Source: an uncultured Verrucomicrobiaceae bacterium
GTDB taxonomy: Bacteria > Pseudomonadota > Gammaproteobacteria > Pseudomonadales > CAMLJR01
Assembly: GCA_964500675.1 (NCBI GenBank)
Contig: CAZCNY010000004.1
Coordinates: 140,361 to 204,360, forward strand
Reading direction: 5' to 3'
DNA length: 64,000 bases
The notes under the pieces are model-generated. The model was not told the origin of the DNA. It ran no database searches and worked only from the letters and a program-made list of their open reading frames with translations. A program made the translations under genes and the position numbers. This document shows positions 9,203-19,092 of this stretch, piece by piece. Position 1 is the stretch's first letter; each line of letters begins with the position of its first letter.

Positions 9203-10579
9203 TTACCGATATGGAAGAAAGACTCGAATTAACAAACCGCCGAGCGCCGAGGGCACCGCGCTGATTTCACCAGCGTGCGCGGCGACGATGCGCTGGCAGA
9301 TGGCGAGACCGAGACCCGAGCCGCCGGTGGCGCGATTGCGCGAATCGTCGACACGAAATAAATGATCGAATAATTTCGGCAGCGCCGCCGCCGGCACGCC
9401 CGGCGCGCTATCTTGCACCAACAGCTCGACGCCGTTCGACAATGCATTCACATCGACTTGTACGCGACCGCCCGCGGCGGTGTATTTGCGGCTGTTGTCG
9501 AGCAGATTGTCGAGTAATTGCCGCAGCCGATCTTCGTCGCCGTACAGTTCGATTTCTTGCGCGGGAATTTGAACCGCGAGCGTCAGTCCCGCCGTTTCAA
9601 AATTTTTGCGATGAGCAACGCACTGATCGCGCCACAATTCGGCGACATCGCATTCGCTTTTGCGATATTGCAGACCGCCGATATCGGCCGTGGTGAGCGA
9701 ATGCAGATCGTCGACGAGCCGGCTTAAGTGCTGCACTTCCTGATGCAGAGATTGCAAATGCGCGCTGTCGGCTGGGCGCACGCCGTCGAGAATCGCTTCG
9801 AGTTCGCCGCGTAAAATCGCCAACGGCGTACGCAATTCGTGTGAAATATCGGCGAGCCAGCGTTTGCGGCTGTTGTCGTTGGCGGTGAGCGTGAGCGCGA
9901 GTTCGTTGAAATCGCGCGCGAGTTCGCCGAATTCATCGCGGCGTTGCGCCGGTAAGGTGACGGCGTAATTACCCTGCGTCAATTCATGCGTGCCGTGCGC
10001 GAGCTGTCGAATCGGTTTTACCAGATGGCGCGCGAGCGGGAACGCGATAAGCGCGGCGACCGCGAGCAGAGCGGTGCCGATCACGGCCAGTGACGAGCGC
10101 TGCCGCCGCAGAAATTCTTCTTCAAAGCCCGAATTGATTTCGCGCAATTGCGGCACGACGAGCCAGCCAATTTTTTTGTTATGAAGTTCAATTGGGTCGT
10201 GCAACTCGATCGAGATAAGTTTCACCGGTGGCGGTGGTGGATGTCCGGCGATGAGCCGCTGATCGCTATCGAGCAATGCGAGCGGAATCGGCGGGCGCGG
10301 CAGATGCGGCGGCGATATGTGTGAATCGCGCGAATCGAGCGCGCTGAACACGATGCGGTGAAATAAATGCGGGTCGTCGTGCAATGGCTGCCAGGTGCCG
10401 GTTTCCCGATAAAAATCGCTGAGCTCTTCGGCGACTTCATGCGCGCGCTGCACCTGGCGATTGTTGACGTAATCGAGCATGCCGCTCGATACACTCCATT
10501 GAAAAAGCAGCATAACGGCTGTCACCAGCAACAGACTGGAGCCGAGAATCGCGAGAAAAATTTTGGATTGAATGCGCAC
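9203..10579 (-). CDS. baeS: sensor histidine kinase, BaeS-like (TM-periplasmic-TM-HAMP-HisKA-HATPase)
   Basis: 458 aa with H-box SHELRTPLA, N-box LLDNSRKYT and G-boxes DSAPGV/GGSGLGLAI. It lies directly upstream of the BaeR-like gene. Confidence 0.75.
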   Translation of the reverse strand: MRIQSKIFLAILGSSLLLVTAVMLLFQWSVSSGMLDYVNNRQVQRAHEVAEELSDFYRETGTWQPLHDDPHLFHRIVFSALDSRDSHISPPHLPRPPIPLALLDSDQRLIAGHPPPPPVKLISIELHDPIELHNKKIGWLVVPQLREINSGFEEEFLRRQRSSLAVIGTALLAVAALIAFPLARHLVKPIRQLAHGTHELTQGNYAVTLPAQRRDEFGELARDFNELALTLTANDNSRKRWLADISHELRTPLAILRGELEAILDGVRPADSAHLQSLHQEVQHLSRLVDDLHSLTTADIGGLQYRKSECDVAELWRDQCVAHRKNFETAGLTLAVQIPAQEIELYGDEDRLRQLLDNLLDNSRKYTAAGGRVQVDVNALSNGVELLVQDSAPGVPAAALPKLFDHLFRVDDSRNRATGGSGLGLAICQRIVAAHAGEISAVPSALGGLLIRVFLPYR

Positions 10580-10704
10580 GCTGTTCGGATTCGATCATTC
10601 GTTGATCGTTAGCGTATCGCCAAACCAAGCGCGCCGCTATGCGGCGCGCGGGTATTCATGGTTTTTGCACATTCCGTGTCATGTGTCCAATCGGCCGCAG
10701 ACGA

Positions 10705-10986
10705 TCAGCCGTATGTGCACAGATACGCGGTGTCTTGTTTCACTTGCAGCTGGAATTTTACGTTGGCGGCCACTTCAAACGAGGCACCGCGCGCGAAGGT
10801 TTTCCATTCGTTCGCGCCCGGCAATTTAACGGTCAGGACACCGCTGATCACTGTCATCACTTCGCGCTGGCTGGTGCCGAATTCGTATTCGCCCGGTGCC
10901 ATCACGCCGACCGTTGCCGGCAATTGCTCACCTTGAAATGCGATCGATTTAACGTTGCCGGCAAAATATTCGTTCACTTTAAACAC
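10705..10986 (-). CDS. ppnP: pyrimidine/purine nucleoside phosphorylase PpnP (DUF1255)
   Basis: 93 aa. MFKVNEYF.GNVKSI.F....[14 protein letters not shown]...E.M.V..G is characteristic of the family. Confidence 0.88.
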   Translation of the reverse strand: MFKVNEYFAGNVKSIAFQGEQLPATVGVMAPGEYEFGTSQREVMTVISGVLTVKLPGANEWKTFARGASFEVAANVKFQLQVKQDTAYLCTYG

Positions 10987-11010
10987 GATGAAAACTCCAG
11001 TGGTGGGGGA

Positions 11011-12858
11011 TTATTTTTTTAAGGCCAGGCGTTTGCGCGGTGCAGTCGTGCCATCGGCTGTCATTTTTCGCGCATCGATATCACCGCGCGCTTTGCGCGG
11101 TGCCGATTCGCGTGTTGCCGAATTGCCGTACGAGCGTTTGCGTGGCGCGCTATCGCCGCCACCGGCGAACGGCGCGATATTCATCATGTGACCGCGCAGG
11201 CGCACGCTTTTCAGTTGCTGAAAAATATCCTTCGGCATGCCCTGCGGTAAATCGACCGTGCTGTAATCGTCGAACAATTGAATACGGCCGATGTTGGCGC
11301 TGTTGATACCGGCTTCATTCGCGATCGCGCCGACGATGTCGCTGACGCGAATATCATGCGTGCGCCCGACCGCGACGCGATAGCGATCCATCGGGACATC
11401 GGAACGTTCGCTGCGCTCGCGGCGCGGGCGTTCGGAGCTAACACTGCGGTCGTGGCGCGGTGAGCGCTCACCGCGTTCATTGCGGTCGCCCCGTTCGTTG
11501 CGATCGAATGCCACCGGCTGCGGCGCGGCGGGCAATTTTGCGTTCAAACCTTGTTGCTCGGCGAGCAGAGCAAGCATGCCTGCCGCCAATTCGTCGAGCG
11601 TGAGACCGAGTTCGTTGCGCAATTCCTCGACCGCAGTGCTCCACGAGGCAGCATCGGCGTGGCCGAGTTTTTCCGCCAGCGTCTGACGAAAGCGCGCGTT
11701 GCGGCGCTGTTTGATTTCGTCGTCGCTCGGCAATTCGAGATCTTGCAGCGGCTGGCGTGTGAATTGTTCGAGGCCGCGTACGCCGCGACGATCGCGCGGA
11801 TCGGCCAGCAATACCGCGCGGCCGCTGCGGCCGGCGCGGCCGGTGCGGCCGATGCGGTGCACGTAGGTGTCGGGATCGTGCGCGAGATCGTAGTTGATGA
11901 CGAGGCTGATGCGCTCGACATCGAGGCCGCGCGCGGCGACATCGGTGGCGACGAGAATATCGATTTTGCCCGCCTTCAGCAGCGCGATCGTCTGCTCGCG
12001 CTGCGATTGATTCATATCGCCGTTGATAGCTTGCGCGGCGTAGCCGGCGTTGGAAAGATATTCGGCGATTTCACTCGTGGCTTCGCGGGTGCGCGTGAAA
12101 ATAATCGCGGCGTCGAAATCTTCGGCGGCGAGCAGGCGCGCGACGGCGAGCGATTTATCGCGCTGACGCGCCCACACCACATGCTGCGCAATGCTCGAAA
12201 CCGTGGCGGTCGCGGCGGGAATCACGATGCGCTCGGGTTCGCGCAAATAGCGATCGGCGATATTTTTTATGCGCGAAGGCATCGTCGCGGAAAACAGTGC
12301 GGTCTGCTGCGTGCCACCGGTGTGTTTAAGAATGGCTTCGACGTCGTCGATAAAACCCATGCGCAGCATTTCATCGGCTTCGTCCATCACCACCCAACGC
12401 AGCGCGGACAAGTCGAGGCTTTTGCGATTCAAATGATCGAGCAATCGCCCCGGTGTGCCGACCACGATTTGCACGCCGCGGCGCAATTCCTGCAATTGAT
12501 CGCGCATCGATTGGCCGCCGTACACGGCCAATACTTTGCAGCGGCCGATATTTTCGCTGTAGCGGGTAAACGCTTCCGCCACTTGCATGGCCAATTCGCG
12601 CGTCGGCGCGAGAATCAACGCTTGCGGTTTAGATGTGTTATCGAGTTGCGCGAGAATCGGCAGCGCGAAGGCGGCGGTTTTACCGGTGCCGGTCTGCGCT
12701 TGACCGATCAGATCGCGGCCTGCCAGCAACAGCGGAATCGCCTGCGTCTGGATCGCGGAGGGCTTTTGATAGCCGAGGGAGGTCAAAGTGGAAAGCAAAG
12801 TCTCGGGCAGGCCGAGACCGGTGAAATCGGTCGGTTCGCTCATCGTCTTTATCTGCAT
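11011..12858 (-). CDS. deaD: DEAD-box ATP-dependent RNA helicase, DeaD/CsdA-like
   Basis: 615 aa with the Q-motif, AQTGTGKT, DEAD, SAT and HRIGRTGRAG motifs, a DbpA-type RNA-binding region and an Arg/Ser/Glu-rich tail. Confidence 0.9.
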   Translation of the reverse strand: MQIKTMSEPTDFTGLGLPETLLSTLTSLGYQKPSAIQTQAIPLLLAGRDLIGQAQTGTGKTAAFALPILAQLDNTSKPQALILAPTRELAMQVAEAFTRYSENIGRCKVLAVYGGQSMRDQLQELRRGVQIVVGTPGRLLDHLNRKSLDLSALRWVVMDEADEMLRMGFIDDVEAILKHTGGTQQTALFSATMPSRIKNIADRYLREPERIVIPAATATVSSIAQHVVWARQRDKSLAVARLLAAEDFDAAIIFTRTREATSEIAEYLSNAGYAAQAINGDMNQSQREQTIALLKAGKIDILVATDVAARGLDVERISLVINYDLAHDPDTYVHRIGRTGRAGRSGRAVLLADPRDRRGVRGLEQFTRQPLQDLELPSDDEIKQRRNARFRQTLAEKLGHADAASWSTAVEELRNELGLTLDELAAGMLALLAEQQGLNAKLPAAPQPVAFDRNERGDRNERGERSPRHDRSVSSERPRRERSERSDVPMDRYRVAVGRTHDIRVSDIVGAIANEAGINSANIGRIQLFDDYSTVDLPQGMPKDIFQQLKSVRLRGHMMNIAPFAGGGDSAPRKRSYGNSATRESAPRKARGDIDARKMTADGTTAPRKRLALKK

Positions 12859-12976
12859 TGGGCGCTACGCTATGCCCAGGCCCTATGCAGTGGACAATCA
12901 GTAGCGACTTCATCGAGGGGCGCATTCTACAGAAGCGCGACGCATTTGGCGATGGCGCGAATACCCGTGAAAGTAC

Positions 12977-14494
12977 CTATGCGACGACCGGCGCACTTTG
13001 CACTTCGCTTTGCGCGTGCAGATCGACGGGAATACGGATATCGACGACGAGGCCGCTGTCGTTATCGAGCGTGATGCTGGCGTTGTGCACCTTGCAGACA
13101 GCCGCGACGAGACTGAGGCCGAGCCCCGTGCCTTTTTGGCTGCGGTGTTTATCGAGGCGGTAAAAGCGTTTGAACACATTGCGATGTTCGCCGCTCGGAA
13201 TACCGGGACCGGTATCGCGAATGCGCAGCCACACGTGCGTGTTTTTATGCCCTTCAGAATAGTCGCGTTGCAGCTCGATCTTCACCGCGCCGCCTTCCGG
13301 CGTGTATTTGTAGGCGTTATCAAGCAGATTGCTCAGCGCCTGCAACCACAGATCGCGGTCGCCATACACCGGAAACTCGCGATTTTCCTCGGCATCGATC
13401 GCGATCTGAAAACGAATATTCTTGTCGGCGAATACCAGCTCGTAAATGTCGCGGACCTGCTGCAGCACCGAGCGAAAATCGAAATGCACGAACGCCAGGC
13501 GCCGCGTACCCTGTTCGAGTTGCGCGATGCGCAGCAATGCATTGAATGCGCTCAACACCTGATCGGCTTCGGCGATCACGGCGTCGATGGCATCGTCGCT
13601 GCGATCGGAAATACTCAGCAGCAATTCGAGCTGGCCGCGCAGGCGCGCGAGCGGTGTTTTCAAATCGTGCGCGATGGCATCGGAGACTTCGCGCACACCT
13701 TCCATCAGCTGTTCGATTTGATCGAGCATGTTGTTGATCGCGGCGGCGATGCGATCGAGATCGCTACCGATACTGCCGCGCAGCAAAATGCGCTGCTTCA
13801 GATCGCCGGCGGCGACGCGATCGCAGACATCGAGAATCACGCGGATCTGGCGCAGCGCACCCAGCGTTACCAGCGCCATCACCACGAGCGGTACGACCGC
13901 GGTGAGCAACAAACCCCAAAAACGCAATTTATCGAGCCGCTGAATCGTGCCGAGATAATCGTCGAACGGTACGCCGTAGGTGAGGTGGCCGCCGTCGGTG
14001 AGCGTGCGCTCGGTGACAAGGCAGGTCACGGCGCCCGATTCGCTATCGCTTTGCCAGCTATGACCCGTGAACGCCGCCGTAAAGTAATTGCGGTAGCGAA
14101 ACTCCGGGGATTTCGTCGTGCTGATATTGGCAAGCTGTACCTCGCCTTCGCTATCGACGAGCGCCACGCAATCCTGCATGTCCGCGATTTCCACCGCGAA
14201 TTTACGGTACAGCCAGCTCGTAACGCCCGCGTGCTGCGGCAGACCTTTCGGCCAATCCTCCAAACGCTTGTCGATTTTAGCGTCGATGGTGCGGCCGACA
14301 TTGCCGACCAGTGCGCGCAGCGTGAAATCGTAGAGCGTGAGCACGACGGCGCCGTTCAGCAGCCACATGCAAAAGCTCGTGATCAGTGCGAGCCGCAGCC
14401 AGGAGCTGTGCCACCAATGTCTTGCATACGCTTTGGGTCGCACGTTGGCGCTGCCCGGCGCTTGGCGGTTCGGCTCAGTCTTCGCGAATAACAT
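12977..14494 (-). CDS. sensor histidine kinase (2 TM, HAMP, HisKA, HATPase_c)
   Basis: 505 aa with H-box AHDLKTPLA, LLDNAYKYTP, DTGPGIP and GTGLGLSLV. It overlaps the upstream response-regulator gene by 20 nt. Confidence 0.85.
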   Translation of the reverse strand: MLFAKTEPNRQAPGSANVRPKAYARHWWHSSWLRLALITSFCMWLLNGAVVLTLYDFTLRALVGNVGRTIDAKIDKRLEDWPKGLPQHAGVTSWLYRKFAVEIADMQDCVALVDSEGEVQLANISTTKSPEFRYRNYFTAAFTGHSWQSDSESGAVTCLVTERTLTDGGHLTYGVPFDDYLGTIQRLDKLRFWGLLLTAVVPLVVMALVTLGALRQIRVILDVCDRVAAGDLKQRILLRGSIGSDLDRIAAAINNMLDQIEQLMEGVREVSDAIAHDLKTPLARLRGQLELLLSISDRSDDAIDAVIAEADQVLSAFNALLRIAQLEQGTRRLAFVHFDFRSVLQQVRDIYELVFADKNIRFQIAIDAEENREFPVYGDRDLWLQALSNLLDNAYKYTPEGGAVKIELQRDYSEGHKNTHVWLRIRDTGPGIPSGEHRNVFKRFYRLDKHRSQKGTGLGLSLVAAVCKVHNASITLDNDSGLVVDIRIPVDLHAQSEVQSAPVVA

Positions 14495-15146
14495 AACCCG
14501 AGCCTCTAACAGTATGAATGAGGCGCACGGTATAACCTCTGTCGACTTTGCCGCGCAGGCGGCTCATGTGGACTTCAACGACATTGGTCTGCGGATCGAA
14601 GCTGAGATTCCAGACGTTTTCGAGCAGCATATTGCGCGTCACCACGCGGCCCGCATTGCGCATGAGATATTCGAGCAGGCGGTATTCGAGCGGCCACAGC
14701 TCGATGACATGACCGCCGCGCGTCACGTTGTGCGTGATCAAATCGAGATGCAGGTCGGCGATTTGCAGCGAAGTCGTTTCGCTCTTGCCGCTGTCGCGCC
14801 GGTGCAGCGCTTCGACGCGCGCGGTCAGCTCGACAAAGGAAAAGGGCTTGGCGAGGTAGTCGTCGGCGCCGTGTTGCAAACCGGTAACGCGGTGATCGAC
14901 ATCGCCGAGCGCGCTCAGCATCAGCACCGGTGTCGCCAGTCCGCGCGCGCGCAGCGTTTTCAGCACTTCGATACCGTCCAGCGCGGGCATCATACGATCG
15001 AGGATGATGACATCGTGCGGCCGCTGCGCCGCTTCGAGACCTTTGACGCCATCGGCGGCGGTGTCGACGCTGTGGCCGTCGCGCGTGAGTCCCTGCACGA
15101 GAAAGTCGCGCATTTCGGGATCGTCCTCGATCACGAGAATTTTCAT
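14475..15146 (-). CDS. OmpR-family response regulator
   Basis: The track ORF runs 14475-15287. I trimmed it to the ATG at 15146 (MKILVIEDDPEMRDFL), the canonical receiver start. The C-terminus has a winged helix (VHTVRGSGYVIR). Confidence 0.85.
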   Translation of the reverse strand: MKILVIEDDPEMRDFLVQGLTRDGHSVDTAADGVKGLEAAQRPHDVIILDRMMPALDGIEVLKTLRARGLATPVLMLSALGDVDHRVTGLQHGADDYLAKPFSFVELTARVEALHRRDSGKSETTSLQIADLHLDLITHNVTRGGHVIELWPLEYRLLEYLMRNAGRVVTRNMLLENVWNLSFDPQTNVVEVHMSRLRGKVDRGYTVRLIHTVRGSGYVIRED

Positions 15147-15348
15147 ATCGATGCGAGCAGCCGGTTTGTTATCGAGTTCGTTGGCGAATGGTTTGGCGTT
15201 TTGGCGGAGCCGAAAGGATAAACCAAAGTGCCGCGCCGCGCTAACCGCGTTGTCGCAGTTGATTCGACAATGTGGTCGATGCGTCAATGCGGTTGCCGGC
15301 TCGGGCGAAACCGTTTAGCGTTGACTGACGTTTCTTTAGCGCGCGCCA

Positions 15349-15978
15349 ATGCCGACAAACTCCGCAATCGAAATCGCTCCGCACATCGACGCCATCGCTT
15401 CGGCATTGCGCGGCGACGGCTGGCTCGTGCTCCCGAATTTTCTACCGACGCTGTGCTGCAATGAATTGCTGACCGATTGCCAACAGCGGCATGCGGAGTT
15501 TGTCGCGGCCGCGGTTGGGCGTGGCGATGCCCGCCAGCAGTCGAGCGATCAGCGCCGCGATGCGACACTTTGGTTGAACGACAACGTCGCCGTGCAACGC
15601 GATTTTCTGCGCGCCATGGAAACATTGCGCAGTGAACTTAATCGACGCTTGTATTTGGGGCTGCGCGATTACGAAGCGCATTATGCGCACTACGCGCCGG
15701 GCGCATTTTATCGCCGCCACCGCGATGCGTTCGTTTCGACGCGTGCAATCGAAATTGCGCCGCAGCGCATTTTGTCGAGTGTGTTTTATTTGAACACCCA
15801 TACGCGCGGCGGCGAATTGGTGCTGTCGCCGCAAACAAACACGGACGCTGAGTGCGAACTCGTGCGCATCGCACCGCTCGCAGGTACGGCGGTATTTTTT
15901 TTGAGCGCGGAGTTTCCGCACGAAGTGCTGCCCGCGCAATCCGATCGTTACAGTATTGCCGGTTGGTTTCGCGGTTGA
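15349..15978 (+). CDS. 2OG-Fe(II) oxygenase superfamily protein (prolyl-4-hydroxylase-like)
   Basis: 209 aa with YRRHRDAF (HxD) ... FPHEV and a SIAGWFR tail, typical of the family. Confidence 0.7.
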   Translation: MPTNSAIEIAPHIDAIASALRGDGWLVLPNFLPTLCCNELLTDCQQRHAEFVAAAVGRGDARQQSSDQRRDATLWLNDNVAVQRDFLRAMETLRSELNRRLYLGLRDYEAHYAHYAPGAFYRRHRDAFVSTRAIEIAPQRILSSVFYLNTHTRGGELVLSPQTNTDAECELVRIAPLAGTAVFFLSAEFPHEVLPAQSDRYSIAGWFRG

Positions 15979-15997
15979 TGAATGAGTTTCGCCCCCG

Positions 15998-16615
15998 ATG
16001 ACTGCGCTCGAAAATGCCCGAAAGGACATAAATCCGCTGTTGCCGTTGGTATTGCAATTATTGCGCGATGCGCCCGCTGGCATCAGCGAATACGATCTGC
16101 TGAAAAAAATCGAAGCAGATGGCGATCATTTTGCGGTTTTCACCAATCTTGCGCAGCAGGCCGGCGACGCGCAGCTCGCGCTGTTTCAAAAACATTTTTT
16201 GATCATGAACGCGTTGTATCGATTGCAGGATGCGCTGTGGCGTGAAGAGCGGCTGTGGTTGTCGATAGCGCCGCTGCGTATCGCGCTCGAATCGGCCGCC
16301 GGCGACGCCGAACCACAACGTATTGCGCCCCATGGTACCGATGCGTTGCGTGCTTACTATCTTGACTGGCAGCAATTTATCGCCACCGACAGCGCGGCGG
16401 TGACTGCGTTGATCGCGAATTTTTGGTCGCGCTATGCCGCGCACGATCGGCGCGCCGAAGCGCTCGCCGCACTGCAACTCGATGTCGATGCCGGTTGGAG
16501 CGAAATCAAACGGCAATATCGCCGTCTCGCTGCGACAACGCATCCCGATCGCGGCGGCGATGCCGCGCGATTTCTCGCGATTCGCGCCGCCTATGAAATA
16601 CTGCGAGAGTATTAA
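15998..16615 (+). CDS. DnaJ-domain (J-domain at C-terminus) DNA-J-related protein
   Basis: 205 aa. The C-terminal IKRQYRRLAATTHPDRGGDAARFLAIRAAYEIL contains the HPD motif. Confidence 0.75.
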   Translation: MTALENARKDINPLLPLVLQLLRDAPAGISEYDLLKKIEADGDHFAVFTNLAQQAGDAQLALFQKHFLIMNALYRLQDALWREERLWLSIAPLRIALESAAGDAEPQRIAPHGTDALRAYYLDWQQFIATDSAAVTALIANFWSRYAAHDRRAEALAALQLDVDAGWSEIKRQYRRLAATTHPDRGGDAARFLAIRAAYEILREY

Positions 16616-16651
16616 ACCCATTTCGAGACAGTAAAGACGTTGAGGTGAATT

Positions 16652-17005
16652 GTGCCGCAGGTCATCGTACAAACGACCATTCTATTGATTTGTTCAAATG
16701 TGTTTATGACATTTGCATGGTACGCGCATCTGCGCAATTTGCACGGTAGACCGTGGTGGATTGCCGCATTGGCGAGTTGGGGCATCGCGTTATTTGAATA
16801 CTTCCTGCAAGTACCGGCGAATCGCATCGGCTATGCGGTGTTGAATTTGTCGCAATTAAAAATTCTGCAGGAAGTGATCACGCTGTCGGTGTTCGTGCCG
16901 TTTTCTATTTTTTATATGAAACAGCCCTTCCGCATGGATTTCGTTTGGGCTGGATTGTGTCTGCTCGGCGCGGTATTTTTTATGTTTAGACAGCCGTTGG
17001 GATAA
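16652..17005 (+). CDS. small DMT-superfamily membrane protein (DUF486)
   Basis: 117 aa with four hydrophobic helices. The SNVFMTFAWYAHL...FEYFLQVPANRIGY pattern matches DUF486 proteins. GTG start. Confidence 0.7.
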   Translation: MPQVIVQTTILLICSNVFMTFAWYAHLRNLHGRPWWIAALASWGIALFEYFLQVPANRIGYAVLNLSQLKILQEVITLSVFVPFSIFYMKQPFRMDFVWAGLCLLGAVFFMFRQPLG

Positions 17006-17050
17006 ATTCGCAATTAATATTTAATGACGTGGGGTGCGTGCAATGAGCAC

Positions 17051-18070
17051 CTACGGGGTTACCGGTTTGGGTGCGGTTGCTTCGGAGTTCGCGGGCGCAG
17101 TACCGGCTGGCGCTGCTGGTTCCGGCATCAGCACGCCGCCGCCGCTTTCGAGCACATGCTCGCTGCTGATGCCGGTTTTGCCGAGCAAGGCTTCCTCGAC
17201 GGATTTTTTCAACACGAGAATTGCGATGCGGCGGTTGATGGGCGCGTAAGGATCCTCGGGTTTGTACGGCGCCGCCGAACCCATGCCTTGCACGTTGATG
17301 ATTTTATCTTCGGGATAGCCGCCTTCGATAAGTGCGCGCCGCGCGGTGTTGGCGCGATCGGCCGAGAGTTCCCAGTTGGAATACACGGCGCCATCGCCGT
17401 ATTTCGTGGCATCGGTGTGCCCCGTGATGGAAAGATGATTGGGCACGCTATCGAGTAGCGGCGCCAGCGCTTCGAGCACGGCGAGCGAATAATCTTTGAT
17501 TTTGGCCTTGCCGAGATCGAACATCGGGCGCTGTTCCTTGTCGACAATCTGCACGCGCAGGCCGAGCCCGGTGTAATCGATAATGATTTGATCGCGCACT
17601 TCGCGCAGCACCGCGCTGTTGTTCAAAGCGTTCTGCAATTGCGCTTTGAGATTTTGCAGATTTTCTTTTTCCTGTTTTTCGTACTGCTCGCGCAATTGCT
17701 CTTCGGTCATCGTGATTGGCGATGGATGAGAAATACCTTCGCCGTTGCTTTGCGTGTTTTTGCCTCCCGGTTCGGATTGTTGAATCGATGGCGGCTTCAT
17801 CGGCTCTTGTGAGCTTTGCGGATGATCGAATTGGATCACGCCCGTGTTGGCGCCGCCGGGTCCGACGAGTGCGCCGCCGACATCGTTGAAATAACCGGCG
17901 ATCGCGCGTTTCTGCGGATCGTTGGCTGCGGCGATGAGCCACATGAGTAGAAAGAATGCCATCATCGCCGTCATGAAATCGGCGAACGCAACTTTCCATG
18001 AGCCGCCGTGATGGCCGTGCCCATGCACTTTTTTCTTCTTGATGATAATGGGCTGCATCGATGTGCTCAT
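17051..18070 (-). CDS. motB: flagellar motor stator protein MotB (OmpA-like C-terminal peptidoglycan-binding domain)
   Basis: 339 aa. The N-terminal HGGSWKVAFADFMTAMMAFFLLMWL plug/TM carries the conserved Asp. The C-terminal OmpA-like domain reads ITGHTD...SNWELSADRAN.ARR. Confidence 0.85.
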   Translation of the reverse strand: MSTSMQPIIIKKKKVHGHGHHGGSWKVAFADFMTAMMAFFLLMWLIAAANDPQKRAIAGYFNDVGGALVGPGGANTGVIQFDHPQSSQEPMKPPSIQQSEPGGKNTQSNGEGISHPSPITMTEEQLREQYEKQEKENLQNLKAQLQNALNNSAVLREVRDQIIIDYTGLGLRVQIVDKEQRPMFDLGKAKIKDYSLAVLEALAPLLDSVPNHLSITGHTDATKYGDGAVYSNWELSADRANTARRALIEGGYPEDKIINVQGMGSAAPYKPEDPYAPINRRIAILVLKKSVEEALLGKTGISSEHVLESGGGVLMPEPAAPAGTAPANSEATAPKPVTP

Positions 18071-18102
18071 GATTGCAGCCCCGCTTTATTTTTCACTGGT
18101 TA

Positions 18103-18954
18103 TCACTTCTGACGCACGCGCTCATCGACTTCGTTGTAGCTCGGGCGCACGTCGTGAAACAGCACTTTGCGGCCGAATTCGATGGCGATTTGCGGTGCCG
18201 CGCCGTTCAAGGTCGCGATCAATGAGACTTTGATGCATTCAAAAAATTTCGACTCTTCGCGCACATGGTGTTCAAGCAAACCCGCGAGCGGACCGAATAC
18301 GCCATACGACAACAAAATACCCAAGAAAGTGCCGACTAATGCAGCGGCGACGTGGTGGCCGAGTTCAGCGGGCGGGCCGCCAAGCGCGCCCATTGTTATA
18401 ACGATACCCATCACCGCGGCGACGATACCGAAACCGGGTAGGGCATCGGCTACCTTGGTCAGCGCGGCAGGTTGCAGACTCGCCTCGGCATGATGCGTCT
18501 CGAGTTCGGCATCGATCAGCGATTCGAGTTCGTGGCCGGCAATGCTGCCGATCATCATGACGCGCAGATAGTCGACGATGAATTCGATCGCGCCGTGAAT
18601 TTTTTCTATGCTGGGGTATTTCGTGAACAGCGGGCTCGCGCCCGGATCGTCGATATCGGCTTCGACCGCGAGCATGCCTTCGCGCCGCATTTTATTGAAT
18701 AAATCGTAGAGCAATGCGAGCAGATCGAGATACAGCGTTTTTTTGTAGGGGGAAGGTTTGAGCGAACCGGCGATTGCTTTGAACGTTCCTATCGTCACGG
18801 GTAATGGATTCGCAACGATCATGGCGCCGATGGCGGAGCCGAGTAAGATCAACAGTTCGAAGGGTTGCGCGAGGGCCAGCAAGTGGCCGCCCTCCAGCAA
18901 AAAGCCGACGATGCAGGCCGCAAATAAAGTGGCGAGGCCTACCAAAACATTCAT
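18103..18954 (-). CDS. motA: flagellar motor stator protein MotA
   Basis: 283 aa, MotA/TolQ/ExbB family, with four TM segments. It lies immediately upstream of motB. Confidence 0.85.
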   Translation of the reverse strand: MNVLVGLATLFAACIVGFLLEGGHLLALAQPFELLILLGSAIGAMIVANPLPVTIGTFKAIAGSLKPSPYKKTLYLDLLALLYDLFNKMRREGMLAVEADIDDPGASPLFTKYPSIEKIHGAIEFIVDYLRVMMIGSIAGHELESLIDAELETHHAEASLQPAALTKVADALPGFGIVAAVMGIVITMGALGGPPAELGHHVAAALVGTFLGILLSYGVFGPLAGLLEHHVREESKFFECIKVSLIATLNGAAPQIAIEFGRKVLFHDVRPSYNEVDERVRQK

Positions 18955-19092
18955 GCAGAAGAACTCCAGACCAGACGGAACTGCGCAAATTTGCCGCTGC
19001 TGCGAATTTGCTTCCGCTTATCGATACCCTTCCCAAGGATAGCGGAGAAGTTCGATCTTGCTAGTTTCGCGGTGAGCGTATTGTGAGCGACT

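Noticed and set aside
11551-14491. Very long plus-strand ORFs (11551-13074, 507 aa; 12998-14491, 497 aa) antisense to deaD and a histidine kinase
   Set aside because: Both are mirror frames of well-supported genes. Their translations are Arg/Ala/Gly-rich low-information sequence with no domain signatures. Long antisense ORFs are expected at this GC content.
17051-18954. motAB pair without neighbouring flagellar genes as something unusual
   Set aside because: Stand-alone stator operons are common in flagellated proteobacteria, and nothing in the sequence itself is atypical.
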